Origin: Eledone cirrhosa
Taxonomy: Eukaryota
Direction: 5' to 3'
Length of the DNA stretch: 64,000 bases
Assembly: GCA_964016885.1 (NCBI GenBank)
Contig: OZ024741.1
Location: 25,978,001-26,042,000 of the forward strand
Part shown: piece by piece, positions 10,689-22,809 of the stretch
Layout: every line of letters begins with the position of its first letter
Position numbering within the stretch: the stretch's first letter is position 1
Notes under the pieces: generated by a model
What the model was told of the DNA's origin: nothing
The model's database searches: none
The model's input: only the letters and a program-made list of their open reading frames with translations
Program-made: the position numbers and the translations under genes

Positions 10689-10900
10689 ATCATCATCATC
10701 ATTTAACGTCTATCTTCCACGCTAGCATGGGTTAGACGGGAGTTGTTCCCACTTGAGGCAAGATTGATCGGGTGACCGTGTCTCGTTCGTATAGGACTAT
10801 CTGGCAGGTTTTCTACAGATGGATGCCCTTCCTAACACCAACCACATTTACAGTGTGGACTGGGAACTTTTTACCGTGTTACTTACACGGCCACATTACA
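10688..10900 (-). mobile_element. Short interspersed repeat with an RTE-type tail (same family as 2431-2625)
   Basis: Aligns by eye with 2431-2625 along its length. Confidence 0.65.
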
Positions 10901-11592
10901 GCGTGGACTGTGTGTTTTTGTTTTTTTTCCCTCCTTTTTCTCTTTCCTTATATATATATATATATGTTGGGGGGGGGGGGGGTATATATATATACACACG
11001 GACACATGTGGAGAAAAGCTTTTCTATTTATTGATTGTTAATCGAAGCTAAAACTATTTTAACCAGAAGATGTTGGGTTAGAGATAGTGAGTGTTGTGTT
11101 AAAAATAGATAATTATTTATCAGAAAATAATAAACAAATGACAATGACTTGGATAGCAGGCTATACAGATATTAACAGACAAGGAAAGCAGATGAATTAG
11201 CAGAGAGAGAGAAGGGGAAATAATAGATATATGAGATTACATTCCATATCTGTGGCATGTTAGATCATTCTGCAAAAACATAATTAGTCGAGGGTGGGAA
11301 ACATTAGTGGAAGAATCTAGAGATAAGCCATCAAATTTTAATCATCCATTATCTCAGCCAGATCTGTCACCATTTAAAGTGTATCAGCTGCTAAATAATG
11401 TTAACAAACAAAGTTTTTGTTGGCTTTGAACAAGCCATAGACCCTTGTATTGTATTTTACCAAGAGCAGGTCATATAGAATCACCTCTGTAGTCTTGTGG
11501 AGAGTACCCAGTAACTCTATGGCACTATTTGTTGCCATATAAAAACTACGAGTCTGAAAGAGAGAGAGAGGACATTTGAAACTGGTCTTTAA

Positions 11593-11796
11593 TCCTTTAG
11601 CATTTACATTACACTATGTACACTATTATATTTTTGTGGTAAAGTCTTTACCTTACATAATTACCTCACATAATATTGAATCTATTAGATTTTGATATTA
11701 TTCATTTTGAGAACAATACCTTAACATCAGTATGAGTCGCTGCTTAAAGCCGGTTTGAACAGAAAGAGGTGAAAGAATTCTGGCTGGATACAGCCA
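11593..11796 (-). mobile_element. Truncated copy of the TTAA-flanked MITE at 20796-21016
   Basis: Reverse-complement similarity to 20813-21016. It starts TTAA-TCCTTTAGCATTTAC and lacks the other terminus. Confidence 0.75.
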
Positions 11797-11957
11797 GAGA
11801 GACAGAGAGAGAGGACATCTTGAAACTGATCTTTAAAAACCTACGAAGGTTGGCGATGCAATATACTGTGGCCATGCTGGAGCACTTTTGTCAAAGGTTT
11901 AGTTGGTCCTATCAATCCCAGTACTTATCATATCAGTCTGTTATTTATTTCATAGTG

Positions 11958-12295
11958 AAGGTACTTAGTGTTTAGAGTATTGGGCTTACAATTGTGAGTT
12001 TGTGAGTTCGATTTCTGAATGAGCGGTGTGTTGTGTCCTTGAGAAAGACACTTTATTTCATGTTGCTCCAGTTTACTCAGCTGTAGAAATGAGTTGTGAT
12101 ATCACTAGTGCCATGTTTTATCGGCCTTTACCTTTCCCTTGGACAACATTAGTGGTTTAATGAGGGGAGACTGGTATGTATCGGTGACTGTTGGTCTTCC
12201 ACAAACAACCTTACCCAGGCTTGTGCTTCGGAGAGGGAACTTTTTAGGGGTAAATTCCATGGTCATTCATGACCGAAGGGGGGTCTTTACCTTTT
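11958..12295 (+). mobile_element. tRNA-derived SINE (second family)
   Basis: A degenerate A box and B box (GAGTTCGATTTC) are followed by a TGTGTCCTTGAGAAAGACACTTTA central core and a CTTTACCTTTT tail. Confidence 0.6.
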
Positions 12296-12879
12296 TACTT
12301 ATTTCATTGGTCCCTGTTGTTGTACTACTGAGTTACAAGACTTAACGGTACACAACACACACACCCAGACACACACACACACACACAAATACACATATAT
12401 ATACACACAGACACACACAGAGAAAGAGGATGGGAGTTCTGCTTCTCTAACAACAACAGGCTATTAAATTATTTTATTCTCTTGCTAAAGAATGTTTTTT
12501 TATTGTCAAAAACTGCCCAACAGCCATCAGACATGCTGCTAAGTATAGGGTATCCATTCCTATTTGCTCTGCACCTGCTGTGATATATCGGTTGTCTGAT
12601 AGTTCTGGAGTTGTTAGCATTAAATATCCAGTTTATATGGCTTTGCCAAGAAGATTAGATAAGTTCTTCTACCATGCTGAATTTCATGTAATTATCACAG
12701 AGGTTGGATTTTAATGGAGTTATATATTTTGTTGCTGGGATTAGAAAGGGGTGGGGAGCTGTTAGTTTTAATGAAAGAGTATAGTTTGTTGTAGGGGTGA
12801 GTACATAGCTCCACTTCATATTTCTTGAGGATTTCTTTTTGGTCTTACAACTTGCAGTAATGCTTAGCAAGATATTATA

Positions 12880-12956
12880 TTGGGTTGTAACATGAATTCC
12901 CGCCGTTGTTATAATTTGTTTAATAAAAAACGGCAGGAATTTATTTTACAACCTAA
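12880..12956. mobile_element. 77-bp mariner-type mini-MITE (MADE1-like architecture)
   Basis: Imperfect TIRs of about 28 bp (TTGGGTTGTAACATGAATTCCCGCCGTT and AACGGCAGGAATTTATTTTACAACCTAA) with TA on both sides. Confidence 0.75.
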
Positions 12957-14274
12957 TATTTGATGTTGCCTCCAAGCTTTGATTCTTGGTGTCTTACACC
13001 TCGCAGTAATGTCCAACAAGTTATTTAATGTCTTCAAGCTTTGCTTTTAACCCCTGTCTTATACAGTTTCTTTTCTCCTGTGGTTTCTTTTAACCCTTTT
13101 GATACCAACCCATCCAAAATTTGTTCTGGTTCTCTGAAATAAAATTACCCATTTTAAAGGCTGCCTATTTAAAATGAAATCTTTCTACATAATTTTACAT
13201 ATGAAACATGTTCAGTTACAATCTTCGTAATGAAATAATTAATATTTTTATTAAATTCCTCAAATTTCTTAATAAATTAATTAATTCATTCATAGTCAGC
13301 CTTTGAACTTTTCAGCCCACCCTCATACTTTGATAAATGCAGCCCCAAAATACATTGTCTAATATGTCATTTTTCTAAGGGTGTGGGCAGATTTGAGGGA
13401 AATTTGGTTGTGTTTTCTAGCAATGACGTAAAGGCTCCCTTGTGATTCACACATCGTCACTGTCTTAAGTGTTCAAAGTGAACCAGTTCAATTCTAGGTA
13501 ACAGCTGGAATATTACTTTATACATCTGTTTGTCTTTTAATATTAGAGTGGGGGAAAGGTGGAGGGTAGTCGTCATTATTATTATTATAAATAAAGAAAT
13601 AATAAATAAAGAAATTATTATCATCATCATCATCATGAATCTGTCAGCAGTACATATTTATGACTGCAACATACTGTAAGTGGGGGAGACGGGACACCAG
13701 TGTGTGTGTGTGTGTGTGTGTGTGTATTTTTGTGCATGTGTACGTGTATTTTTGTGTGTGTGTGTGACTGTGTACATGTGTATGTCTACACCTCCTCTAC
13801 TTCACTGACATGCTCCAAATACTCTCTGTATTCCCAGTTGGTAAAACTTCCCAAATGTACCACTATTATTGTTTTTTTTTTAATCATTATAAAAAAAAAT
13901 AAAAAAATCATTATTAAAAACAAATAAATTATCACCACCATCATCATCATCATAGTTGTTATGGTGGTGGTGGTATAATGAAGGCAGTGGGTTGTCCTGT
14001 GAGATTGTTAAAACATGGAGTCTTGCAGTATTTAGTTACAGCAGCCTGCACTAAGTTCAAATCCCTCCTGAGCTCAACATAACCTTTCATCCTTCCAAGG
14101 GAGATAAACTACTTTGTCCTCCCAAACTTGGACTTCCTCAAATTTTACCATATTTTCATCTCTCCAAAATGGCTGAATACAAATGTGTGTTTTTCTTTCC
14201 CATTCTTTTTTCTTGTTCCTTTTTCTTCTCACTCTTTATCTTTCTGTTTCATCTTTTATTTCTTATTCTATCTT

Positions 14275-14304
14275 CTGATGAAGGATTAGTGTCTGAAACA
14301 TTAA
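14275..14304 (+). ncRNA. Degenerate hammerhead-like core in a probable Penelope-derived remnant
   Basis: CTGATGA-A-GGAT-TAGT-GTCT-GAAACATTA has the core and a weak stem II. Stems I and III do not pair. Confidence 0.3.
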
Positions 14305-14594
14305 CTCTTTTCCTATTATTTCAAGCATTAAATTAATATATTTCTTCATCGTACTGTGTCATTTGCTTTGTTTGTTTACTTTTTACACACATACACACAC
14401 ACACACACACAACACAACGCAACGGTTGTATAGTAGACCTATACAACCTATGCATGGTCTCATAACTCCTGAGGGAGTTGTAAGAGCACCGTATTGACAT
14501 ATATATTGAGTACAGCAGATTTCTTCTGGAGAATGAAAGAATGGAAGTGAACAAGAGTCAGAGAGGAAGAAACGACGCCTGTACTAAACTGTTA

Positions 14595-14712
14595 CTTTTT
14601 ATTGATGTCAAATAGATGAAAGGCAAAGTTGACCTCGGCAGGATTAGAGTCAAGACAACTCCTGTAAAGCATTCTATCTGATGTTCTAACATCCCTGCCA
14701 GTTTGCTGCTTA
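14595..14712 (-). mobile_element. Degenerate SINE, same family as 16708-17296
   Basis: GATGAAAGGCAAAGTTGACCTCGGCAGGATT is the reverse complement of the family core. A degenerate plus-strand copy lies at about 13980-14110. Confidence 0.6.
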
Positions 14713-15091
14713 TACACCCACCCCCACATACACACACACACACACACACACATCCTGAAGGAGTGCTAAAAAAGGTGATAAACTGAATTGTTTATTTACA
14801 ATAAAAACTCATTTATTCATTATGGAAAGGTTTTGCCGTGTCTCCCTCTTCCCCCTCCCCTGCCCCCCCCTTCCGTAATAACATAATTCATGATTCATAT
14901 TAATTTATTAAACATTTTCCTTTTATCAACATCTGTTATTCATCGTCCGTATCACAGTTTAATGTCTATATTCCGTGTTAGCATGGCTTAGATGGGCTTC
15001 TTCATTGATCCTATACTAAAGTTATTAATCAACTTTCATTTCATATTATTGGTCTCATTGTAATGAGATTTTTATTGAAATATTAATTTAA

Positions 15092-15292
15092 CCCTTTTTT
15101 ATCTGTCCCCTGCTTCTGCTTCAATGAAACAATTTTAATTAGATTCCTATTTAAATTAAAACCGTCCAACAAAATTACCTTTTGTTAAATTATGCTAGAA
15201 ATATCATATTAATAATTAATAAATTTATAATTTCAGTAAATCCTCCAAAATCATTGTTAATTAATTGAAATATGAATAGGGTATTAAAAGGG
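15092..15292. mobile_element. TTAA-flanked (piggyBac-type) MITE
   Basis: Structure TTAA|CCCTTTT ... AAAAGGG|TTAA. Related single ends are at about 8860, 13090, 15345, 19508, 20380 and 22005. Confidence 0.6.
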
Positions 15293-15431
15293 TTAAATAT
15301 GAACCCTTAAATATGGGTGATCTTTAGGGAGTTTAGTATTAAAAGGGTTAAGTCGTTCATTTACACCGTGACTTTTCTTTGCTATTTCCTTTTAATTTCT
15401 TAGCTTCACTATGCTGCTTCTATCAGGAAGG

Positions 15432-15690
15432 GGTTTCTTCTCTGAAAAACTACTGTCAGCACTCCTGAGAGTTTCTTCTCTGAAGACCTTTTGCTGTCCA
15501 GCTCCCCTCACAGTTTTTTCTCTGAAGATCTTCTACTGTCTAGCTCTCCTCCTGACATTTTCTTCTCTGAAGATCTCCTGTTGTCCGGCTCTCCTCACAG
15601 TTTCTTCTCTGAAGACCTTCTGCTGTCCAGCTCTCTTCACAGTTTCTTTTCTGAAGATCTTCTCCTGTCCAGCTCTCCTCACAGTTTCTC
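15432..15690. repeat. Degenerate 42-bp minisatellite (about 6 units)
   Basis: TGAAGA recurs at 15481, 15523, 15568, 15610 and 15652 within CAGTTTCTTCTCTGAAGACCTTCTGCTGTCCAGCTCTCCTCA-like units. Confidence 0.85.
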
Positions 15691-16029
15691 ACCACTTTAT
15701 TATTTTTCATCAATAACCCCTGTGCCTTTCCTTACCTATGTTCCCCTTAATGTGTTAACTTCACTAAGTTGCTTTTACCAGTTTTATTAAAACTACAAAA
15801 TAAAATAGTTTTTCTCCATCATATTCAGCTGACATTAAACAAATAAAAACAGATGTCTCTGTTGTCTTTATTGAAAACATGTTGAAGATGTAAAATGGTT
15901 TTCACAAACAATGAAAAGAAACCAACAGAAAAATCAACATCAACTCTGCTCTTTGATTGGTTGTTAGGTTACAGATGTGTACTGTAGATGTAGCATCATC
16001 ATCATCATCATTTTCACAGTCATCATCAT

Positions 16030-16380
16030 CATTGTAGTTGTTGTTGGTGGTGGTGGTAGGAGTATTGTAGTTGGTGGTGGTGGTAGTGGTGGTATTGTAG
16101 TTGTTGTTGGTAGTGGTGGTATTGTAGTTGTTGGTAGTGGTGGTGATGGTGATGATGGGGGTATTGTAGTTGGTGGTGGTGGTGGTGATGGTGATGATGG
16201 GGGTATTGTAGTTGGTGGTGGTGGTGGTGATGGTGGGGGTATTGTAGTTGGTGGTGGTGATAGTGGGAGTATTGTAGTTTGTGGTGATGGTGGTATTGAT
16301 GTAGGTGGTGGTGGTGGTGATGGTGGTATTGATGTAGTTGGTGGTGATGATGATAGTGTTAGTGATGGTGGTGATAGTAA
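16030..16380. repeat. (GGT/GAT/GTT)n degenerate microsatellite
   Basis: Triplet low-complexity run. Confidence 0.9.
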
Positions 16381-16478
16381 TATTGAGTTCTACCTTAATT
16401 AAGTATATTAATGTGTGTGTGTGTGTATCATTTGTACTGCCTCTTCGTTTTTCTGTTTTTTGTTCTGTTTATTTATTA

Positions 16479-16533
<55 letters not shown>

Positions 16534-16591
16534 AAAACACATATATATACATATGAATATATTTATTTATATATAATTTCTTCTGTTGCAG

Positions 16592-16689
16592 GTACATGTT
16601 TTTCTTGCAGATAAAGAATGATATATTTTCTGGGAAACTCCAATGTTCATTTGAGACTGCTGTTGAACTGGCTGCTTTGGCTCTTCAAT
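16592..16689 (+). CDS. EPB41L5: Internal coding exon (98 bp) of band 4.1-like protein 5/Yurt, FERM central lobe
   Basis: Acceptor TTCTTCTGTTGCAG and donor GTAAGT. It translates as (R)[32 protein letters not shown](S), matching my recollection of EPB41L5 [33 protein letters not shown]. The phase joins the next exon. Confidence 0.9.
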
Positions 16690-16707
16690 GTAAGTTGGGA
16701 TTATTAT

Positions 16708-17296
16708 TGCCAGTATTGGTAGAGGGTTGGACACCATGCTTTCCAGCATAGTTACGTCCCTTTAGGGTCTGAGTTCAAATCCCGTTGAGGTTAACTTTGC
16801 CTTTCATCCTTACGGGGTCGATAAAATAAAGTACCAGTAACATACTGGGGTCAATTTAATCGACTTTCCACTCCCCACAAATTACTGGCCTTGTGCCTAT
16901 ACTAGAAATCATTATTATGGCAGTGGATTGGCAGGATCAGTAGAGCATCAGACAACATGCTTTGCAACATATCATTACGCCTCTTTATATTCTGAGTTCA
17001 AATCCCACCAAGGTTCGCTTTGCTTTTCATCCTTACAGGGTCAATAAAATAAAATACCAGTAACACACTCGGGTCAATTTCTCCGAACCCTCCCCCCCTT
17101 ACTGGTCTTGTGCCTAAATCAGAAACTATTATTATCATTATTAGGGTGGTGGATTGGCAGAATTGTTAGGACATGAGATAAAATGAATTGCAGCATTTAG
17201 TTATGCTCCTTTATATTCTGAGTTCAAATTCCGCTGAGGTTAGCCCCCCCCAATTGCTGGCATTGTGGCTAAATCAGAAACCATTATTGTTATTGC
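16708..17296 (+). mobile_element. Three head-to-tail tRNA-derived SINEs (16708-16918, 16919-17143, 17144-17296; third internally deleted)
   Basis: Each has a B-box-like GAGTTCAAATCCC and a CTGGCCTTGTGCCTA...AGAAA(TTA)n-type tail. The first two keep the core GCCTTTCATCCTTACGGGGTCGATAAAATAAAGTACCAGT, which resembles the Nin/Deu SINE domain. Confidence 0.85.
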
Positions 17297-17431
17297 AGTT
17301 TGAGACCCAATGCCCATATATTCATGTGTAGGACAGATCTGTCTCATATCCAGGTCTATAGTGAAAATTTAGCCGTCACCTTTTAAAAGGGATGAACAGC
17401 AAGTCTTCCTCTGCCTGGAAGTTATGACAAA

Positions 17432-17534
17432 GGAAGCTGTGTGGTGGAGGAAGCTGTATGGTGGAGGAAGCTGTATGGTGGAGGAAGTTGTATGGTGGAG
17501 GAAGTTGTATGGTGGAGGGAGCTGTATGGTGGAG
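17432..17534. repeat. 17-bp minisatellite, about 6 units
   Basis: GGAGGAAGCTGTATGGT in tandem. Confidence 0.9.
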
Positions 17535-17919
17535 TTTTCTAAAAGAATTGAGGACAGGAATCTTCCTCTCTGGCCTAGCCCTCACCAACTTCTTCGTTAT
17601 TCTTGAGGAGGATGGGGAAGATAGAGAGGGAGGTATTGCCTTCTAGTGTGTTTTATGAAAGATTGGAGAGAGAAACAAGATTGGCAAGATTGAATAGGCC
17701 TACTTTGACTTTAGTTGAATAGGTCTACTCTGACTATGGTTGTACAGGTCTATTCTGACTATGGTTTTCTAAGTAGGAGGAACAAAACTGTGAGAGGATG
17801 CTTTCAATGCCGTGAGGTAACTGAGAAATCTAGGGTTTTCTGTGGGGAGTTCTCCCTAGAATTAGCTTAAGGACCAGTTGTTCCCACTATTAGGGAACTG
17901 GTCCTTGTTGACATTCATT

Positions 17920-18085
17920 ACGGCAATATCAGTAGAGTGTCAGACACCATGCTTTGCAGCATAGAGCTATGGCCTTTTATGGTCTGAGTTTGCCTGTCAT
18001 CCTTATAGGGTCGATAAAATAAAGTACCAGTAATGCACTAGGGTAATTGCTGGTCTTGTGCCAGAAGTCAAAACAATTATTGCTA
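17920..18085 (+). mobile_element. SINE, same family as 16708-17296, internally deleted
   Basis: Shares CACCATGCTTTGCAGCATAG, GGGTCGATAAAATAAAGTACCAGTAA and the tail. Confidence 0.8.
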
Positions 18086-18267
18086 TTGGTATTTATTGTT
18101 ATATATATTTATTACAAATTCCATTATTGTTATGCCTATTGTTCCTTCCTCAGTTATGTCCCCTTTCTTTCACTTGATATAATCCCCCACCTCACCCTGT
18201 TGTTTTCTTTTGTCTTGGTATTGTCCCTAATGTCTTGGGCCCTTGTGCATAATAAAAGAAATTATTA

Positions 18268-19365
18268 TACCATACACCATAACACATCACACCATGCCAC
18301 ACTACACTACACCACACCATGCCACACTACACTACACCACACCATGCCACACTACACTACACCACACCATACTACATCACATTGCATCATACCACACCAC
18401 ACTACATCACATTACATAATACCACACCACACTACATCACATTACATAATACCACACCACACTACATCACATTACATAATACCACACCACACTACATCAC
18501 ATTATATCATACTACACTACACCACATTACATCATACCACACCACACTACATTACATTACATCACACCACACTACATCACATTACATCACACCACACCAC
18601 ATTACATCACATTACATCATACCACATCACACCACACTACACCACACCACACTACATCACATTACATAATACCACACCACACTACATCACATTACATCAC
18701 ACCACACCGCATTACACCACACCACACCACACTACACTACACTACACCACACCACATCACACTGCACTGCACTACACCACACCACACCACACTACACCAT
18801 GCCACACTACACCACACCACACTGCACCACGCCGCGCTACGCTACACTACACTACACCACACTACATCACACTACATCACATCATGCCACACCACACTAC
18901 AGCACACCACACTACACCACACCACACCGCACTACACCACACCACACCACACCACACCACACCGCACTACACCGCACCACACCACACTATGCTATGCTAC
19001 ACTACACTACACTACACCACACTACATCACATCATGCCACACCACACTGTGCCACACCACACTGTACCACACCACACCGCACCGCACTGCACCACGCCAT
19101 GCCACGCCACACCACACCGCACCGCACTACGCCATGCCACGCCACACCACACTATACCACACTACACCACACCACACTATACCACGCCACACTATACCAC
19201 ACCACACCACACTATACCACACCACACCACACTTTACCATGCCACACTATACCATGCCACACTATACCACACTACACTACACTACACCACACTACACCAC
19301 ACTATACCACACCACACCACACTATACCACACCACACTCCACCTCACCACACCTCACCACACTAT
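18268..19365. repeat. Pentanucleotide repeat (CACAC/CACTA/CATCA)n
   Basis: About 1.1 kb of 5-bp periodic variants. Confidence 0.95.
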
Positions 19366-20425
19366 ACCTCCCATACATTTAATGATAAATAAATCTGTAT
19401 ATGGTTCCTGTTAACTCCAGCCTGAGCAGATGTACCAGATTTGTTTATGTCAGCAAAACTCTTGAAACCAGTGTTTCTTTATCTGATGTTTTCTTTATGT
19501 CTTTTATTAACCCTTTTGATATCAACCCACCACCCTAACACCAGCTGCTTGTCTCTGGTTCTATTAAGCAAAATCTTAGTGTTCATATTTAACTCTCAAC
19601 AATTACTGTAACGATTTAGTAGAAAATATTTAAATACAGGTTTGTTAATTCAAATCATTATAGTATTTTTACTAATTTACATATTACTGTTTTTTCAATA
19701 TGTCAATTAGACTGCATAGCTGGGAGATCAGAGTGTCACTCCAGATAGAGCCCCTACTTCTCTGAATTGAGAGATCACAGCTCCGATACTACGGACATGT
19801 GGTTAGAATGTCTCAGGAAAGAATTGCTGGACAGATTTGTGGCTTGGAGATCAAAGAGTCACTCCAAGTAGAGCCACTACTTCTTCAAATTGGGAATCCA
19901 GCCAGATCAGTTGGAGACGGTTGATTCTGCCAGCACCCACTGGAAGGAGTGTTTGAGGACTCTGTCCCCGCAAACCTCTCAAGAATAAGTGGGCAGAGTA
20001 GGAGGAGGAGGAGAAGACATATTGCTGTGAATATTTGCAGTATTAAAGTAAAGACTTTAATATGCAATGTGAATCCGTCATAGTACTGTTTTCTACTTTC
20101 TAAGAATGACTTGCAATTGTGGCTTCATACAATGCAACGCATTAAGGATTAATTTTTTAAATGTTTATTATAATTTTTAATTAAGAATCTTTTTATGTTC
20201 CAAACATTACCTTGATAATGAAAAAGTTATTTTAGTAAAACATCCGTCTAACCCATGATAGCATGGAAGAACGGACGTAAAACGGTGATGATGATGAACC
20301 AAAATTCTTGATTATTTAGAAAGTTTGATTGAGACACATAGGACAGTCTGTATTCCGTTAGAAATATGGTAACAAAAGAGTTAATATTTCTTGAAAAACA
20401 ACAGACGTTGTTTGTTCATAGATTA

Positions 20426-21554
20426 CATTGTGTACTCAAATATAAGCCAACCCCCTATTTTATGTGTGAGAAATGGACAAAGATCCAAACCTCATTTATA
20501 AGCCAAAGCAGCTAATCAACACATTTGGGCAGTTTTTAATTTCTCTTGAGTGGAGGAAATATTTTCAAAGTTTTAATATTTTGATATTTAAAATGTTTTA
20601 AGTGTTGTTTAAAGTATAGTTTTTGTTTCACAAATCTACTACATAATGACCTTTTTTTCACCATTTCATCTGTTTTATAAAGTTTCAATTTTCTTGACTT
20701 TGTTTACTTCTGGCTACTCAAATGTTGGGAGTGTTTTGCTTTTTTTTAAAGCAGACAATAGCGCCATCTCCTGATTTTAACAGATTTTTATTTAACCCTT
20801 TAGCATTTGAACCGGCTGTATCTGGCCAGAACTCTCTCACCTCTTTCTGTTCAAACCGGCTGTAATTGGCTACTCATATCTACAATAAGGTGTTATTCTC
20901 AAAATAAATAACATCAAAATATTGTAGATTCAATATTATGTGAGATAATTATGTAAGATAAAGCTTTTACTGTGAAAATATAATAGTATATATAGAGTAA
21001 TGTAAATGTTAAAGGGTTAATATACACATCAAATGAAATATGTACCGTGAAAAACATGAAAACAATTTAATGTTATACAAGTATTAAAGCTTTAGGTAGA
21101 TATTTTTACAGCAAGAGAGAGAAAGAGTGAGAAAAGGTGTGAATGAGAGAGAGAGAGAGAGAGAGCGAAATAAAGCAAAACAAGATTGAAAGAAAAAATA
21201 TAATTACATAAGCCACAGAGAAAAGAGTTGGTACACATGTATTTATGTACACATGTGCACATATGTGTTTATGTGCAGGGAATATTTATATATTAAAAAG
21301 TTCAAATAATAAAACTTTGTGAGAATGTTCTTAAGGCAATACATAAATAAAACTCATGACGATGTAGTAAATGTAGAAAAAGAGTGTTTCATTTTAGCAC
21401 TTTATTTACGTAGAATTTGGAGTTGGTGAAAATCGTTAAAATATTGACCCTGAATATAAGCTGATCCCCCCCCCCCCTCACTTTACTATTGATTTTTTTT
21501 TTTTTTGGGGGGGGGGGGTCACATATTTCTTGGCTTATATTTGAGTATACTCAG
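20426..21554. mobile_element. Non-autonomous Tc1/mariner-pogo-type DNA transposon (~1.1 kb including a nested MITE)
   Basis: Perfect 18-bp inverted match TACTCAAATATAAGCCAA (20433-20450) and TTGGCTTATATTTGAGTA (21530-21547). TA sits at both outer ends (20424-25 and 21555-56), and an internal AATATAAGC subterminal copy is at about 21454. Confidence 0.75.
20796..21016. mobile_element. Complete 221-bp piggyBac-type MITE with TTAA target duplication
   Basis: TTAA|CCCTTTAGCATTT ... AAATGTTAAAGGG|TTAA. Confidence 0.85.
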
Positions 21555-21652
21555 TAAGTTGAGGAGAGTAAATGTAACTCTCTGTATGGGGTTTCATGGC
21601 AATAACAAAAGTGAGGTCAATCTATTATAAAAAGCCTGTAGTCTATTATAAT

Positions 21653-21845
21653 TGTTTCTACTTTTGGCACAAGACCAGCAATTATCCCAGTGTATTACTG
21701 GTACTTTATTTTATCGACCCCCGTAAGCATGAAAGGCAAAGTTAACTTTGGCGGTATTTGAACTCAGACCATAAAGGGCCGTAACTCTATGCTGCAAAGC
21801 ATGGCGTCCAACCCTCTACCGATACTGCCAATCCACCGCCCTGAG
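21653..21845 (-). mobile_element. SINE (family of 16708) with a 12-bp target-site duplication
   Basis: The reverse complement closely matches 16708-16850. It is flanked by GTCTATTATAAT at 21641-21652 and 21846-21857. Confidence 0.85.
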
Positions 21846-22809
21846 GTCTATTATAATGACAGTAACATTTACACAGCTAGATGAACAGTGTAATGTGTGT
21901 ATGTCATAGCACCAGGTCTAGAGAGGATGTCATGTCATCGACAAGAATAAAGAGTTGTTTCTACTCTATATTGCCTCCTTAGAGTTTAGTGTAATATTGC
22001 TGTTTAACCCTTTCATTGCCATATTTCTTATAAAAGAAACTGTCTGTAATTTCACTTCATTTTGAAAATAACCAAGAATCTGGAGGGTTTTAGTAAGAGG
22101 CGTCAGGTGATGCCTGTGAGGGTACTCGGTTGTTTTAGCGCCTTAGCCTTGCCATCACCTGGCCTTACCAAGGGTTCAGGTGATGCCCGTCAGGGTACCT
22201 GGTTGTTTCAGCACCTTCGAGTCACCATCACCCGTGGTTATACTGCGAGTGTGTTGGCTTGCCTCAAAACTTTCCACTGACCCTTGTGATGTGATGTGTG
22301 ACCATTTGTCACACTTGGTGATGAATTTGAAGGTTGTTTTTGTTTGGTTGTGTTTTTTTCCTTTTCTTTTTATCTCTCTTTGATCATATATTTTGTTGCA
22401 TTACATTTGTGAGATTCCTAACAATAATTAATTATATTTATTATGTTTTAAAAAAATTTACTAATATACAATTTTCATTATTAAGCTAGTGTTTGGAACA
22501 ATTTAACAAAGGTTCCTACATGAAATTAAGACAAGGTTTTTAGATAAATATAAACATTTAAAAATAAACAGTTCTGTATCATAGAACCAGAGGAGGTTTC
22601 AGGCAATTAGTCTAATTACAAGAAGTATTTAAGATCTCTTCACAATCATGAAGTCCCTGGTTCAGGCCCTCTGCATAGCATTGTGGTGTCATTTACCACA
22701 CTCTAAGGATGGCCCAAGCCTTGTGAGTGAAATATGGTAGACAGAAACTATGTAGATCATCAGATTGATTTTAGTACCTGTAATTCACTGGGCCATGTGG
22801 TTTCATTAT

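Noticed and set aside
13838-13900. Possible upstream FERM exon starting CCCAG|TTGGT
   Set aside because: The translation (GKTSQMYHYYCFF) does not match the expected G.PY...RVKFYSSEP motif and has no suitable donor. That exon is probably upstream of the window.
15411-15790. 42/45-bp repeat ORFs as a coding repeat
   Set aside because: Low-complexity translations on the plus strand, stops in all minus-strand frames, and no splice or homology support.
16708-17296. tRNA genes suggested by B-box-like GAGTTCAAATCCC
   Set aside because: No cloverleaf forms, and the motif is followed by SINE core and tail sequences.
18047-19414. His/Thr-rich 455-aa ORF and other microsatellite ORFs (poly-H, poly-G, poly-F)
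   Set aside because: These are translations of simple repeats that lack stop codons by composition.
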